The notes under the pieces are model-generated. The model was not told where the DNA came from. It did no database searches and was given only the letters and a program-made list of their open reading frames with translations. A program made the position numbers and the translations under genes. Below, one piece after another: positions 1 through 12,710 of a DNA stretch of 64,000 nucleotides. Each line of letters opens with the position of its first letter. Position 1 is the stretch's first letter. Source of the stretch: Phoronis australis (Eukaryota > Animalia > Phoronida); assembly GCA_002633005.1 (NCBI GenBank), contig NMRA01000113.1, forward strand, positions 196,797 to 260,796, in the 5' to 3' direction.

Positions 1-279
1 CTTTCCCCCTAATTGAGCTGCATCAAAGGCCAAAAAGTCTACAGTGTCGACGTTTTCAAAATATCAAAGGTCCACCGTTCTTAAAATTCGAACCACCCCC
101 TGCTCAATGCTGGCTACGGGCCTGAATAGAATATATGCATTTGAGTTGAGAGATTGAGAGAGGCGTCCAATAAGAAGTCGCCCCTGCATCGACCAAATCT
201 CTGCATGCTACTGCCCCACGGCTGAAAATGTCTGTTAAGTACCTTTTGTTGCATGCAGAATGTTGCTCGACATTATGCA

Positions 280-1110
280 AACTGTTTCAAACGGTTACCT
301 GGCTGATAAATGTGGCCCCACTCAGATATTCATTCGTGTGTGACTGGGCTAACCCACCTCTAGACGAGTCTCGCATTGTTTATTCGTAGAATATTTTCCA
401 ACTGGTTTCATGCAGTTACCTCTTGGGTTGATTTACCTCAAATTTTAGCCCTTTCTTTAGTCATCTAGCAGGGGCACCAAGTTATGCCATGTGCAGTGCT
501 GCTGAGCATCATAAAATTGGTTTCAAGCAGTTACCTAGTGGGTTGATCTAGCTCAACTCAGGTATTTGGGCGTGTCTGGTGGGGCTAACCCACCACTAGA
601 TTTGTCTGGCAGTGTTTATATTCGTGATACCTGGGCTTAGGCTGAATATTTTGCAACTGGTTGATCTAGCTCAATTTTTAACCCTTTTTGATAATCGTCT
701 GGTAACGACACCCCACCACTGAAATTGTCTGGCATCTAACTGTTGTGCCATGTACTGTGATGCTGAACATCGTGCAATTAGGTTTCAAACAGTTACCTGG
801 TGGGTTCATCTAGCTCAACTCAGGCTTTTGGGTGTGTCTGGCGGGGCTAACCCACCACTAGATTTGTCTGGCAGTGTTCATTCGTGATACCCTTGCTCAC
901 AGTGAATATTTCGCAACTGGTTTCATGTGGTTACCTCTTGAATTGATCTAGCTCAATTTTTTTACCTTGTTTATAACTGTCTGGCTGATACTCCCCACCA
1001 CTAAAATTGTCTGGCAGTGACCAATTTTGATACAGTGGATTAGGTAGTAGGTATCGAAGGCAGTTTGAAGTGGTTACCAGAAAAGTTGATCTAGCTCAAT
1101 TTTTGAGTGC
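280..1110. repeat. Degenerate tandem array of 117-144-bp monomers in A/B alternation
   Basis: The anchor (G)ATCTAGCTCAA recurs at about 430, 547, 665, 809, 947 and 1090; GGGCTAACCCACCACTAGATTTGTCTGGCAG recurs about 260 bp apart. Confidence 0.8.
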
Positions 1111-1219
1111 CATTCTTTTGGCTCCCCTGACCACATCCACCAGAGCAAACCTGCCAGACGGCCATGTCCAAGCATGAGGATACCCATAGACCACTGTGGT
1201 ACCAAAGGAAATTGGTTAC

Positions 1220-1306
1220 CTTTTCATGCCCAAAAAAGCTCTGGGATCCCGGTCTAATTGCTTAGTAAAGTAATGTATTTGATTGGCATGGATGCTGGGT
1301 ACACCT
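1220..1306 (-). CDS. Next internal exon of the same minus-strand gene (GVPSIHANQIHYFTKQLDRDPRAFLGMKR)
   Basis: Acceptor ttcaatttcaacacag, donor gtaacc; starts in phase 2, compatible with exon 4373-4428. The gene would continue off the left edge. Confidence 0.55.
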
Positions 1307-1439
1307 CTGTGTTGAAATTGAAGAGAACTCCTTGAAAAACGTAGGAGAAATAACATTTTGAACCTTAGATGACCTTTGCACTGATTGACCCTATTCAGTG
1401 CATTAGCATAACTATTGAAAAGTCTGAGAAAAGTGTGTT

Positions 1440-1978
1440 TAATGCTCAGAATCACAGTTGTCTAACTGTTGACACATCAGAATGATTGGTGAGTGAAAAG
1501 GTCAAAATTTCAGAAAAAAAATGCATGACCCATGGTTACACCAAATGGCCTGAAACTTTGGATTTGGAATTTAACTACATGTACCAACCAGATTTGTGAA
1601 TTTGAAGTGTCTAGCTCAAAATCTTAGTTTGCACCCCATGACTCTTGACCTGTTCAATCTGATTGGATGACCCCATAACTTAGAAAAGTAATTGTCTTGT
1701 TGACTTACACCTGTTCACCGAATTTGAAACTGAAGGAGTAGCATTTTGAAAATTATATGACCTTTGCACCAAATAACCTCTTCCGGTCCATCATGGAACA
1801 TGATTATATAATGAATCAAAATTTATATACTGCTAAATATCATAAATTAAATGTAAAGAACATACCTGTATTCATTTTGGACTTATTAAGCATGAAAGTT
1901 GGTCGAAGAATAAGAATAAGAATAAAATTGAAAACCCAGGAACAACAGTACTCTGCGCTAATACATGCGCAGAGTAAT
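1440..1978 (+). mobile_element. Second HINE-like family, copy 1
   Basis: Homologous (inverted) to 52615-53115. Ends with (AGAATA)n and the hairpin ACTCTGCGC-TAATACAT-GCGCAGAGT. Confidence 0.55.
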
Positions 1979-4372
1979 GAATTATTTTCTTTCAAGATGT
2001 TCACAACTTTTCTTCTTAAAAGAGCTCTATTGTCAAAAGCACCAGGATCTAATTATTTGGTGACAAAAGTTAGAGTGCAAACAAAGTCAATCATACTCAA
2101 AAGACGGGAGTAAAATGGCCAAATGACTTTTGAACATGTTAAATGTATTATTATTGGTCAACACAAGTATGTTATTTCTTCGTTTACTCCTGGCATTAAT
2201 TGATTACGCTACTTGCTATTGTATGACCCCATCAGGAACCCCATTTAGTGCCAAAAGAAACTTTAGGTGGCGCTCGTACTAATCGACGCAAATGACATCA
2301 TCTTTGTGAAGCGAGACGTACAGTCCCTGGTCACAAGAAAATTTACAATAGGGTGACGGCTACAGTATCAGAACTTCCAAATTACGTCTATTAGAGCCAA
2401 CAAAATTGTTTAATTAAATACAGCGACCTAGATCTCAACAGTTCCGCTTGCACAAAATATCTTACGAAGTCGCAGTGTCATGATAGCATAGCGTCTTCAA
2501 AGTCCGTAGCGCGGAGTATTACACAAGATGCTAAATTTATGTTAATAATATCAAAACAAACTTTTTAATAACAGGAGGGAATGAAAGCTCTTATTGTCGA
2601 AGTACAATATTTGACATCCTGTATTTAAAAATAACCTACACAAACATATGACATGAACTTTCTAATAACAAACAATAAATGAAATGACCTTAATCAACGG
2701 TATAAAACGTATTGTTTTATTTTTTATTCCATCTAGGCCAATTGTAACTGTTTTTGTTACATTTTAACTCCAGCTTAAGCAGATATTTTCTTTGCCACTC
2801 CCTCATTTATCCACCGAATTTTTTGGTCGTGATATAGCTTCTGTTTACATGCAAGAAGTTCATTCTTTACCTTTAATTCCTCCACTAGTTCACTTATTCT
2901 TGACCTCATACTGTCAATAATTTGGTTACTTTACTTAATGATATCCTACAGGCTGCTTATCACTGGCATGGCATGGAGTAAACAGTAGCAGCTGTGCTCA
3001 TTGGCCAAGACTGCACACTGAGGTCTCCAGTTTCACTTTCCTAGTTCCAGACACAGAATCAACATGGAGAATGCTCAGGTCTTCTGAGTTTTGGTCAAGC
3101 AAAAACATTTTTTCCACAATCCTCTGTCAACTGGGGAGTGCTTGTTGTTATTTCTTCCAGGGCAAATACTGTAAGACGGTGTCTCTACGATACATTTTCC
3201 TATCTTCAGCGCTGCCTACTTCATGTCGCGACGTAGGAGCAAATACACTAAACCACCCTTTGTTTTCAGATATTCCAATGAATGTTTTTTATCTATTTTT
3301 AAGATCTTGATCCCTGGGACTTTGTTGGTATAGCTAAACTTTTTTATCTCGCCTACTGTAATTAAACAGGGCCAGGCACACAACACGTTTAACCTCCCTG
3401 TGACAACTACTCCCTTTCGCTTGCTGACATATTTGTTTACTGAATGATACTTTGATACCCACAATGCAACATTATGACCCATTTCCAATACGGCGCAACT
3501 CTGCTATTGGCTCATGTTACAAACCAACCGTACCTTACTGTAATGAAATATTGTTTCTTGTTGTTTCGCTTGGGTGTTTCTGTCTGTATATGTAAAAAAT
3601 CGGAATTTGTTTTGGAGCATCAAAATTGGCCCACAACTTATAAAGCTACCACGGAATCAAACCCACTAGCTCTACAATTTTTATAGTAGCCTAACCCTTT
3701 TTCACAGACCAAAATCTCATGCATTACACAGCAGTGTATTTCTAGCATATTTCATTTCAGCAAATGTCTGGACGACTATGGCAAAAATTGACAATTTGTT
3801 TAACAAAATCACAAAAGAACAACATACTTTGTTCTTTTATAGCTCTGGTCAAACCTAATACCTGCTCCCAGGAGAGGAATCATTAGAAGATAACCTTATG
3901 TTATGCAACCTGTGAGGACTCATGTTTCACACACACTTTGAATTTCAATATTTTACTTGAGCCAACCAAAACCAGCGAGAAATCCTACGCTCAGGATAAC
4001 GCTGTCACATAAGAAAACTGGATGAAATTGAGACTTGCGCGAGATCAAAGAAGAAATGAAAGAAACGGGTGGCTATGTGCATCAGGTTGGTTTTCAAATT
4101 CACCGTATTTGCCTAATGTGTCTGATCGATAGTCCTGTGTGCTATTAATTGTAATGTTGTAACAGTATGGTATACTGATGCTCTCCAGCTGGTCAAGTTT
4201 TAGACATCGACTGAGATTTAAAGAAGAAAGTACAACCCCTTCAAGCACAAGCAAGCCATCAGCGGGTTGTTTTTAGTGCTATCACAAAAGATGGCCCACC
4301 AGGTTTCACAACTGATATCCTAGATCCACCAGTGACAAAGGTAGTGCAAGAAAATATTGAGGACAGACTCAC

Positions 4373-4428
4373 CCATCATAATCTGGTCTTGGCACACCTG
4401 ACATCACATTCCTCTTGTTAACATGTGC
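4373..4428 (-). CDS. Internal exon of an unidentified minus-strand gene (AHVNKRNVMSGVPRPDYDG)
   Basis: Minus-strand acceptor tcattctttcag and donor gtgagt; only one frame is open; ends in phase 2. Confidence 0.55.
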
Positions 4429-7400
4429 CTGAAAGAATGAACATCAACACCATTACCATACACTGCTGATATGTTCATGGTTTTAATTGCCCGTATAACC
4501 ATCTCCAATGGTGATAACAAATGCTGAGGGATCTATGATTTTGAGCATAAAGAATTTATCAAATGAGGCTTCCCTCATAACAGCCAAGTACTCTCTGGTT
4601 TAAATGGGATTTATTGACTGGGGTTTAAGGTACAGGTACCAGGTACAGATGATGCACAGAGAATGGAAAGTGTAAGATTATATCATTACATTTCTCAAAA
4701 TCTGAGTAACACTTAAGCTTAGCATTAAAGGATTTCTTATACAACGACATAAACTTCCAGGAATTAATGTTTGTACAAGCCCATGCAAACAAACCTAGGT
4801 GTCTGAACTAGTCAGAAATTGTATACAAAACAGAGGGTACTCTATCACATTATTGACAAGGTGTGCACTGGGAAATATGGACAGCAACCTTTTTAGAGAG
4901 TTACCAAGATGAAATAATGACACGAGAATAAAGGTGATTAAAAGAAACCCCTAGGTGAGTGCTTCTACGAAAAGCCCTCACAAAAAGTTTCCCCAACACA
5001 TCCAGGGATCGCTTTAGAAAAACATGGGTATGGATGAATTGACCACACGGCCTCAAGTTCATGGGCCAATGAATTTGGAGGGCCAAAGGGACATGTTAGA
5101 TTTTTGTCCTTTTCGATTCTAACTCTAATTGGCCCGTCCAAGCTGAGCAATCACAGTGTGTCGATGAAACTATTTTTGCACCAATGATGATGGGCATGCT
5201 CCTAAAATTATCCCTCCACATCCAAGCTCTTTAAGCTGAAGTTAATAAAAACTTTTGGCCGGACTATTAATTCTTTGTAACACAGCAAACCTCTATAAAA
5301 TATGAAACTTTCCAGGGAGATCCATGGCACAAGTGGAAATTCATGAACTGAGTTCCAACTAGAGTGCTTCAGTATGGAATTTACTTGGAAAAGTCATCCT
5401 TTCACAGGAAACCTCAGATCATGAAAAAGTCATCTATCAAAGCGGGACCTCATGTATACTTCCCCTATGAAAGAGCACCCCCTGGAGGTGTACACCTACA
5501 CGCACTTCCAATCACCAGTAGCCAAGCATCATTCATAAGGTTGTCAAGTTGCATATGATAATTATGTATCAAGTAGTTCCAATACTGCATCAGTTGAGTT
5601 GGTGATCTATCACAATCTACATCGACTGAATGGCGCCAAGCAATAAGGACATTCAGTTGTGAAGACAAAACTGAATGATGAAAATTCTATAGTGAGAGCT
5701 GTCTGAGCCAGCTCTTATTCACAATGAAGCACTAATCTTATAACTCGAAGTCTGAACACTTTAAAACAGCTTTTAAAAGATGGGTAATGCGGTTATAACC
5801 ATCTGTGAGAATTGTTAGCGACAGGTTATATCTACTGTAACTTGGTGTGAACATAGAAGTTGTATAAGTTATAACTCTATCGGTGGCACTGCTGTCAATT
5901 CTACAGAAATAATTGTGCACCCCGGCACTAACTAGGGTGAATTGGAAAGGGATAGCACTGATCACTAGTGATTAAAACTACCCATTTAAGTTACACCAGT
6001 TTTAACTATAAGTATTAAGCCGACCATTACATAGCAGTTACAACTAAAGGAAGAGTTGTAACCTGAGGTATAGCTGGTCTCAACACAGCTTACTTAGTTT
6101 TAACTGTAAGAAGTCAAGATGAGAACTCAAAGAGAATTTAAACACTTAAAACAAAAGCTTGAAACAAACAGAAAATTCCCATTAAAAGTGAAGGCATTGC
6201 CCTGACAAGAATTGTTATTCATTGAAAACAAAGAAAGGTTATTGAAGAAGTGTGGACATATTTATAAGTGACTAATTTAATGTAAGATTTCTAAATAATA
6301 ATACAGCACTAAATTTGTTCTTATGGAATTAATGTGTTACACTGTCCTAGATGGGATATGCTATTCACAGAAAGCAAGGGCCTTGTGAAAAAGTATGTCA
6401 TTCCCTCATTAAAGATACTATTTGATGTGAAAATTGAATCAGCCCTCTCTCCAACCTGATATGTGTATTCCAGAGGATAAGTATTCAACTCTAAACAAGA
6501 GAAACAAATACACATTTATTTTACTTAATTTTCAACACTACAATCACATATGCACATGCAACATACACCAATGAACAAAAGCATAAAAAATTAACACAGG
6601 TGTATCATCTTGACACGCATCACCTCCATATTTTCACACCACGTTAAGCCCCTACCACACACTGAGGTTCATAGACCCGCCACCTACAGGCAGGAGACAG
6701 GAGTTCGTTCCATGGAGTATGTTCTTGAGTGAAATACGAGATCATGCAATATCACAAGAGCAAAAAACGAGTGCTTCCCGAGTAAGCTCGAGAGTTCACT
6801 AGCACTTACTAACAAATTGTTGTCAGTGAACTAGAATCTTGAATCATGGGAGAAAATTCCGGGATGAAACAGCATTTGACACTCAAAATTTCAACCACAC
6901 ATTGCAGTTGATTAACACTGCATTTCTCCCTGCTTAGCTGACTAAAAATGAAAATTGGTCGCCTATTACTTGTTACCATGATAGGTCTCCGTTTCCATTA
7001 CCAACAGTAACATCGAACTCCTATAAACTCTGAAACATTTTTTGAGTTACCGAAGGTTTTGATGTTCCTATTGGCAACAGAAATCCTACCATGCTAAGGA
7101 GTATTAAGACATTGACTTTAAGAGAATAAAAGTTTTTTTTAGCTATCTAAATAGGACAAAATTCAGCTTCGATCCATGAGCAGTTTACAACAGGTGTTCA
7201 ACTAGAATGTCAACTGCTATACAATTACCAAAATGATTCACAAAATTTCAACCAATTGGGGTGTCAACAATTGTAATACACTATAGTACAAATGGTATTT
7301 CAAATGTTGTACCTTACACTGGTGAACATCCAAGTTCAACATAAGCCTGACATCTAAATGTGTTTTGTCATGTTGTGATCTGATTACCAAGGCAACACAT

Positions 7401-7686
7401 TGTTAATTACAGCAATTTACCTCAACTGAGGTGTTTATTGACAGCTGACAAATGAATGTTCAGGTGAGTGTCAAGGATAATTTAACCCAAAATTTGGGAA
7501 CTTTAACAATAGACATCAGTATACAATTTTGAAAAAGGGGGCATAGAAACTCAAATTTTAGGGTGAATGCCAGTTCAAATGTATAACACTGCTTTTCATG
7601 GATGGCCTGTGCCCAGTCTGCTATGAATGATGCTGGGAGACAAAAGAAAGATAAACATTGATCAGTTGAAAAGTACATATATTAAC

Positions 7687-9370
7687 ACAAGAGGACCGGC
7701 GGAGTGTTGAAATGCGCCCATGACAGCACTGCAAACGGTGTACTGCTATAAGTGCTGTTTGTACCATAACAATGGTTATTACATGGTGCAGAATGCTTCA
7801 AACCTGTCTGAATTGGGAAGATAGTGTTGTCTCTGTAATACACAACTATTTGCCGAATTTCATGCAAATAAGCAAAGGAACTCCTAACATAAAAAAACAA
7901 TTGACCTATAGTCCGACTGGTGTTAAACTCATTATCATCTGCCGTCATCTCTACAGGAGCTCATCTGCCAAAATTCGCAAGGATACTTCAAAGGATTAAG
8001 GAGATACAGGCGTAAAACAAAAAAAAAAGCAAAATTGCCTCTATGGGACACCAGCATATGCGAAAACACCTGAAAAACAATGTCAGCCGTGGTCTTTGCA
8101 TTCGGAACACAACTAAAAATTTTCATAAGGACACCAAAAATGAATTGGCAGAATGAGAGGAAGTCATACGTAAACAATTTACCAGGTGGTGCAGAAAAGA
8201 TCAAATCTCTCCAAAGCGGGAAGACGTTGTTGTCTCCTTTAGACCAATTTCATGAAAATTTACTTAATGAACACCTGTATTCCGCACTCCCACTCTTCTC
8301 AACTATGAGGTAAGATTATATTGATTGTACAATGGTGGTGCTATACCCACAACAGGCTTAATTGCTGTCTTTTGTCATTCAGAATTGTCTGGGAAGGGGT
8401 GAAATGTGGCATCCTGCATCCATAAATATTTATCCTGCTTAACAGCTTTTCCCACTTCCTTGAATCAGCATTGCAGCCCATGGCATAGCAGTGATACTTT
8501 CCAGGCATGACTAAATATGATATAAAACATAAAGTACTCAGGAGACAGATACTAACATGTGAATTCCCATAGGAGCGAAAGCGACACTGCTGACCTGCCT
8601 GCCGTATCTGGAGGTGTGCCGCTATTTCGTATCTCAGGGCACGGAAGAGCGATCAATGTGGAAGGTTCCTACTCCAAAGATACAAAGGCAAACATGAAAA
8701 AAAAATGCCACTAGAGGGCACAGAGGAATTTGAATCAGTTTGACATTTGTTACCCTTCATCGTTGGCTCCAATAGGAATACATCTTTCAAATTTCACAAA
8801 GCTCCTTCAAAAAGTTGAGGAGATTTGGCCGCAAACGCAAAAAACAAAATGGCCATTAGGGGGCGACATAGTAGTTGGATCAGTCTGAAAGTCAGGTCAG
8901 TCCTGCCAGTGGTCTTCTCATCAGGAACACATCTGTAAATTTTTATAATGATCCTTTGAGCCGTATGGGAGATAGAGAGGCAGAAGGCAAAAAATGGGAT
9001 GAAAAAATAAGAAAAATGGCCACAAAGTGGCAAAAAAATCTGTCAAATCCGTCTGAAAATGGAGTGGCATCATCACCTACTTGATAAAAATCCATTTGCT
9101 AAATTTCACAAAAATCCATCAAGAAACTCCGAAGATACGGAGGCAAGCATAAAAAGTAAAATTGCCACTAGGGGACACATCAGTATAAATGGATTGGTCC
9201 AAAATTCACCGTCATCTGTCGTGAGCACCATAGGAACACACATACCAAATCTCATTATGATTCTGCAAGGGGTACAGGAGATACAGCAGTAAACAAAAGT
9301 AGGAGGTCTTACGACTACAGCTCTTTCCTGGGGACACCGCAAAAATTTTGCAGCCATTATCAAATGTTAG
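7687..9370 (+). mobile_element. Diverged HINE-family copy, interrupted around 8290-8560
   Basis: 5' end ACAAGAGGACC...GTTGAAATGCGCCCA; monomers with AAAATTGCCACTAGGGG and GGAGATACAG. Confidence 0.6.
8345..8508 (-). pseudogene. THAP-domain N-terminal relic
   Basis: MPGKYHCYAMGCNADSRKWEK, then after a frameshift KQDKYLWMQDATFHPFP; preceded by acceptor atatttag. Confidence 0.65.
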
Positions 9371-10075
9371 AAAATGGAATGACATTAGCCTCTGGGGATT
9401 TTTGTATCTGGATCACAGAACACAATTTGTCTAACAACTTAAAGAAGAGAACCAGAGCCTTGAAACTTGCACGTAAAACCAAAATTTTAGATGAAAAGAC
9501 AATGCTTTTTGCCTCGAAGAAAACCCCAGATACAAAAAAATTAAGCTAAAAAATACAACCTCACCACTGAACCTGCAAAAAGGAAAAGAGAAACAGAAGC
9601 AGCCTAGCAACAAGACACAAAGCAGACCAATGAATGTTGGTTTAGGATCAGTTTTGTGTTATCAATCATCGAGGAATGTTATAGCACCAGAAATGAAAAA
9701 CCAAGAAATCGATAGAAAGCTGACAAGTGGACACAGCAATGCAAGCTTTTTATCAAGGCACTGCTATGATTTTAATCAATTATGTATTTTGAGCAGACCA
9801 CTCCTTGGCGCTAGTTGCTAGCCTTTCGTTAGTGACAAAAGAACAACACGTATCAGAAGATTGTGAGGACTTCGCCCAGAAACAATTCAATCACAAATGT
9901 GACTTACTTGAAAGTAAAATTTAAATACCGAATGAAAGTGCTTTGAGGAGTGACATTTGGCAAAACAAAACAAAAGCTTAGAAGATAATTACAAACCGGA
10001 AATAGTGCTTGAGGAGATCTATTTACATATCAAATCTGAGAAAGTACGGTCAGAGTATTGTCAAGCTAGAGCTAC

Positions 10076-10958
10076 GCAAATATTATTAATTAAAAATATG
10101 GCTGTCACAGCAAAATCTTGTGTCCAATGCAGCTAACAAACCAGAGTTCTCGAGCTACTGACAACATAAACATTGTATGTAAAATTAAAGTTGATTAGAC
10201 AAAAAATGCAATTTCTTGCACGAATGTCATCATAAGGCCACCACAGTGCAGCTATGAATAAGTCATCCGACCAGTAAGTCTCGAAAATGTCGAATATCTC
10301 CTGAAAGGTAAGTCATAGCGTGAAACGAATGGCACAATGCAGACAGCGAAAGCAGAACCTGATTGATGAATCAGAGAAAAATGAAATCGGAAAAAAGTGG
10401 TAGTTAAAAGTTGTCGAATATCACTCCAGCTGCAGATGAGATTAGGGCAACATTAGACACTCAGGCTGATGGGCCCAAATGTCACTTCTGCAGGGGTATT
10501 AATTAGTGCCTCTCTGNGCAAATATTATTAATTAAAAATATGGCTGTCACAGCAAAATCTTGTGTCCAATGCAGCTAACAAACCAGAGTTCTCGAGCTAC
10601 TGACAACATAAACATTGTATGTAAAATTAACGTTGATTAGACAAAAAATGCAATTTCTTGCACGAATGTCATCATAAGGCCACCACAGTGCACCTATGAA
10701 TAAGTCATCCGACCAGTAAGTCTCGAAAATCTCGAATATCTCCTGAAAGGTAAGTCATAGTGTGAAACCAATGGCACAATGCAGACAGCGAAAGCAGAAC
10801 CTGATTGATGAATCAGAGAAAAATGAAATCGGAAAAAAGTGGTAGTTAAAAGTTGTCGAATATCACTCCAGCTGCAGATGAGATTAGGGCAACATTAGAC
10901 ACTCAGGCTGATGGGCCCAAATGTCACTTCTGCAGGGGTATTAATTAGTGCCTCTCTG
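10076..10958. other. 441-bp duplication centred on N at 10517 (probable uncollapsed contig overlap)
   Basis: 10076-10516 versus 10518-10958, about 5 substitutions. Confidence 0.85.
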
Positions 10959-11264
10959 GGTTAAAGCTGTACAATCATACGCTTAGTGACCAGGAGTTCA
11001 ACTTCAATCATGAGGTTTTGTCAACCAAAACAGTTAAGAGTGTTTTCCAATGAATTGCAGCTATTAGTTCTATTTAAGTATACATTTTAATCAATGAAAA
11101 TAAATAGCAGTTGGTTTCAAGGTGAAATCAATGAATGAATATAATTAAAATTCAGAACGCGAGACAAAAAGAATTCATTGATGGCCAAATAACTATCAGG
11201 TTTAAATAACATGACAAGGTTCGCTCAATCAAGCCAAATCAATGAAGCGCCAAAGGGCTTTCTG

Positions 11265-11830
11265 CCCGTAAAAATGTGCTTAATCTACGCATACCTTTGC
11301 TTAATCTACGCATACGCTTGCTTAGTCTACACATACTTTTAGTTTTTTAATGATCATTGTTCTGCTCTTAATCAACACCCACTTCTGCTTTATCTATGAG
11401 GAGTTTTACTTAACGCATACTTTTAATCAATTCATAAAGTCTTGCTTTTACCGCGCACGTCAGGAGTGCATGCAGTGTTAAAAACAGTCAGCTGCCGATT
11501 TGGGCAAAGACTACTTGAAAAAAGTTCAGGACTGCTCTAGTTGGAAGGAAAAAGACGTTGACGGTCTCCTAAGGTGTCCCTCTATGTGCAAAAGGTACTT
11601 GTAGCAATGTGAATTAGATGCTTTAATCAGTGTGAGGCATTAAATTCGCTGAAAAGTTTCCGGCTTAAGAAGCTCCTAATGGGGCCAGTCTAGACGGTCG
11701 CACTGTCTAAAGTACATGTTGAATAAGAGCAGAACGATGATCGTTTGAGAACTAAAAAGTACCAGGAGGTTATGCAAAAGTATACGCAAATTAAGCAAAA
11801 GCACGCCTAGATTAAGCACATTTCTACATC
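11265..11830. mobile_element. MITE with internally repetitive imperfect TIRs
   Basis: Left GTAAAAATGTGCTTAATCTACGCATACCTTTGCTTAAT versus right ATTAAGCAAAAGCACGCCTAGATTAAGCACATTTCTAC. Confidence 0.65.
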
Positions 11831-12710
11831 CAGAAAGATACTCCTTCAAGAACCCTTTGCACTTCATACAAATCACACTATACACCAAAGCATAGATCTT
11901 GAAGGGGGTTTAGATTGTTAACAAAGGACCTTACAAGCCTTTCTTACCACCTAAGTACAGTAGATAACAACTGAACTGTAACCAGTCTAAACACAGATTT
12001 CATTTTTGGGAAATAACCTATGAAAATAAGCCACTCTACAGCATTAAATGATGTATATTGACATGTTAATCATGGAGGCAATAATTGAACTTCTCCCCAA
12101 AGAGAATGAAATGTCTATGAACTATGCAGGTGCAGGTGCTGTGTCAGACAGAATTTTGAAATGATTGATAATTTGGAACGCACTGATTTGCGGAACTCAA
12201 ATGTGACTTGCACGACAATGAATCATGAATTGCACATGAGGACTGCGGGCAATGCTTGTCACTGTGAGCCATCAGGTATCAGTGTTCATGGCCTGACGCT
12301 GATGGTCGTGTGCATTGCGTGTAACCTTTTACCAATCACAGTGTGCCATTGTAGTCCATTTTTGGTATAAACAGTACGTAAATTAGGGGCAAAATACGCA
12401 AATTACAATGCAAAATTCAGTTGAAACAGAAATGCACTGAACTGGCACATTTACCAACGCGAAATAACGTGTCAGGGCGTGCCATAACATCCTGCAAGTA
12501 TCACTATGGCTTAGCCATGTAGAAACTGGCCATAGGTGGCCGATAAATCTGGAAGCCTGGTCTACTGCACCATGCGATGAGTCAGGTACACTCACTTCAT
12601 GAAGGTATAGTTTATGAAAAAGACTGTTGAAAAAATCTCACAATATTCATATAACACTATTTCAGTATTTCCACCTACAGTAAGCCACTGTGTTTGACTA
12701 CAAACTTAAA

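Noticed and set aside
2780-3230. Minus-strand RING/TRAF-like and coiled-coil-like fragments (CIVETP, SPVDR, ISELVEELKVKNELL)
   Set aside because: This needs several frameshifts and stops and the key cysteines are missing, so it is not supportable by eye.
10076-10958. Apparent tandem duplications here and at 18866-19251 and 29467-30105
   Set aside because: Each is centred exactly on a single N, with about 1% differences between copies. This is the signature of unmerged allelic contig ends, not a biological duplication.
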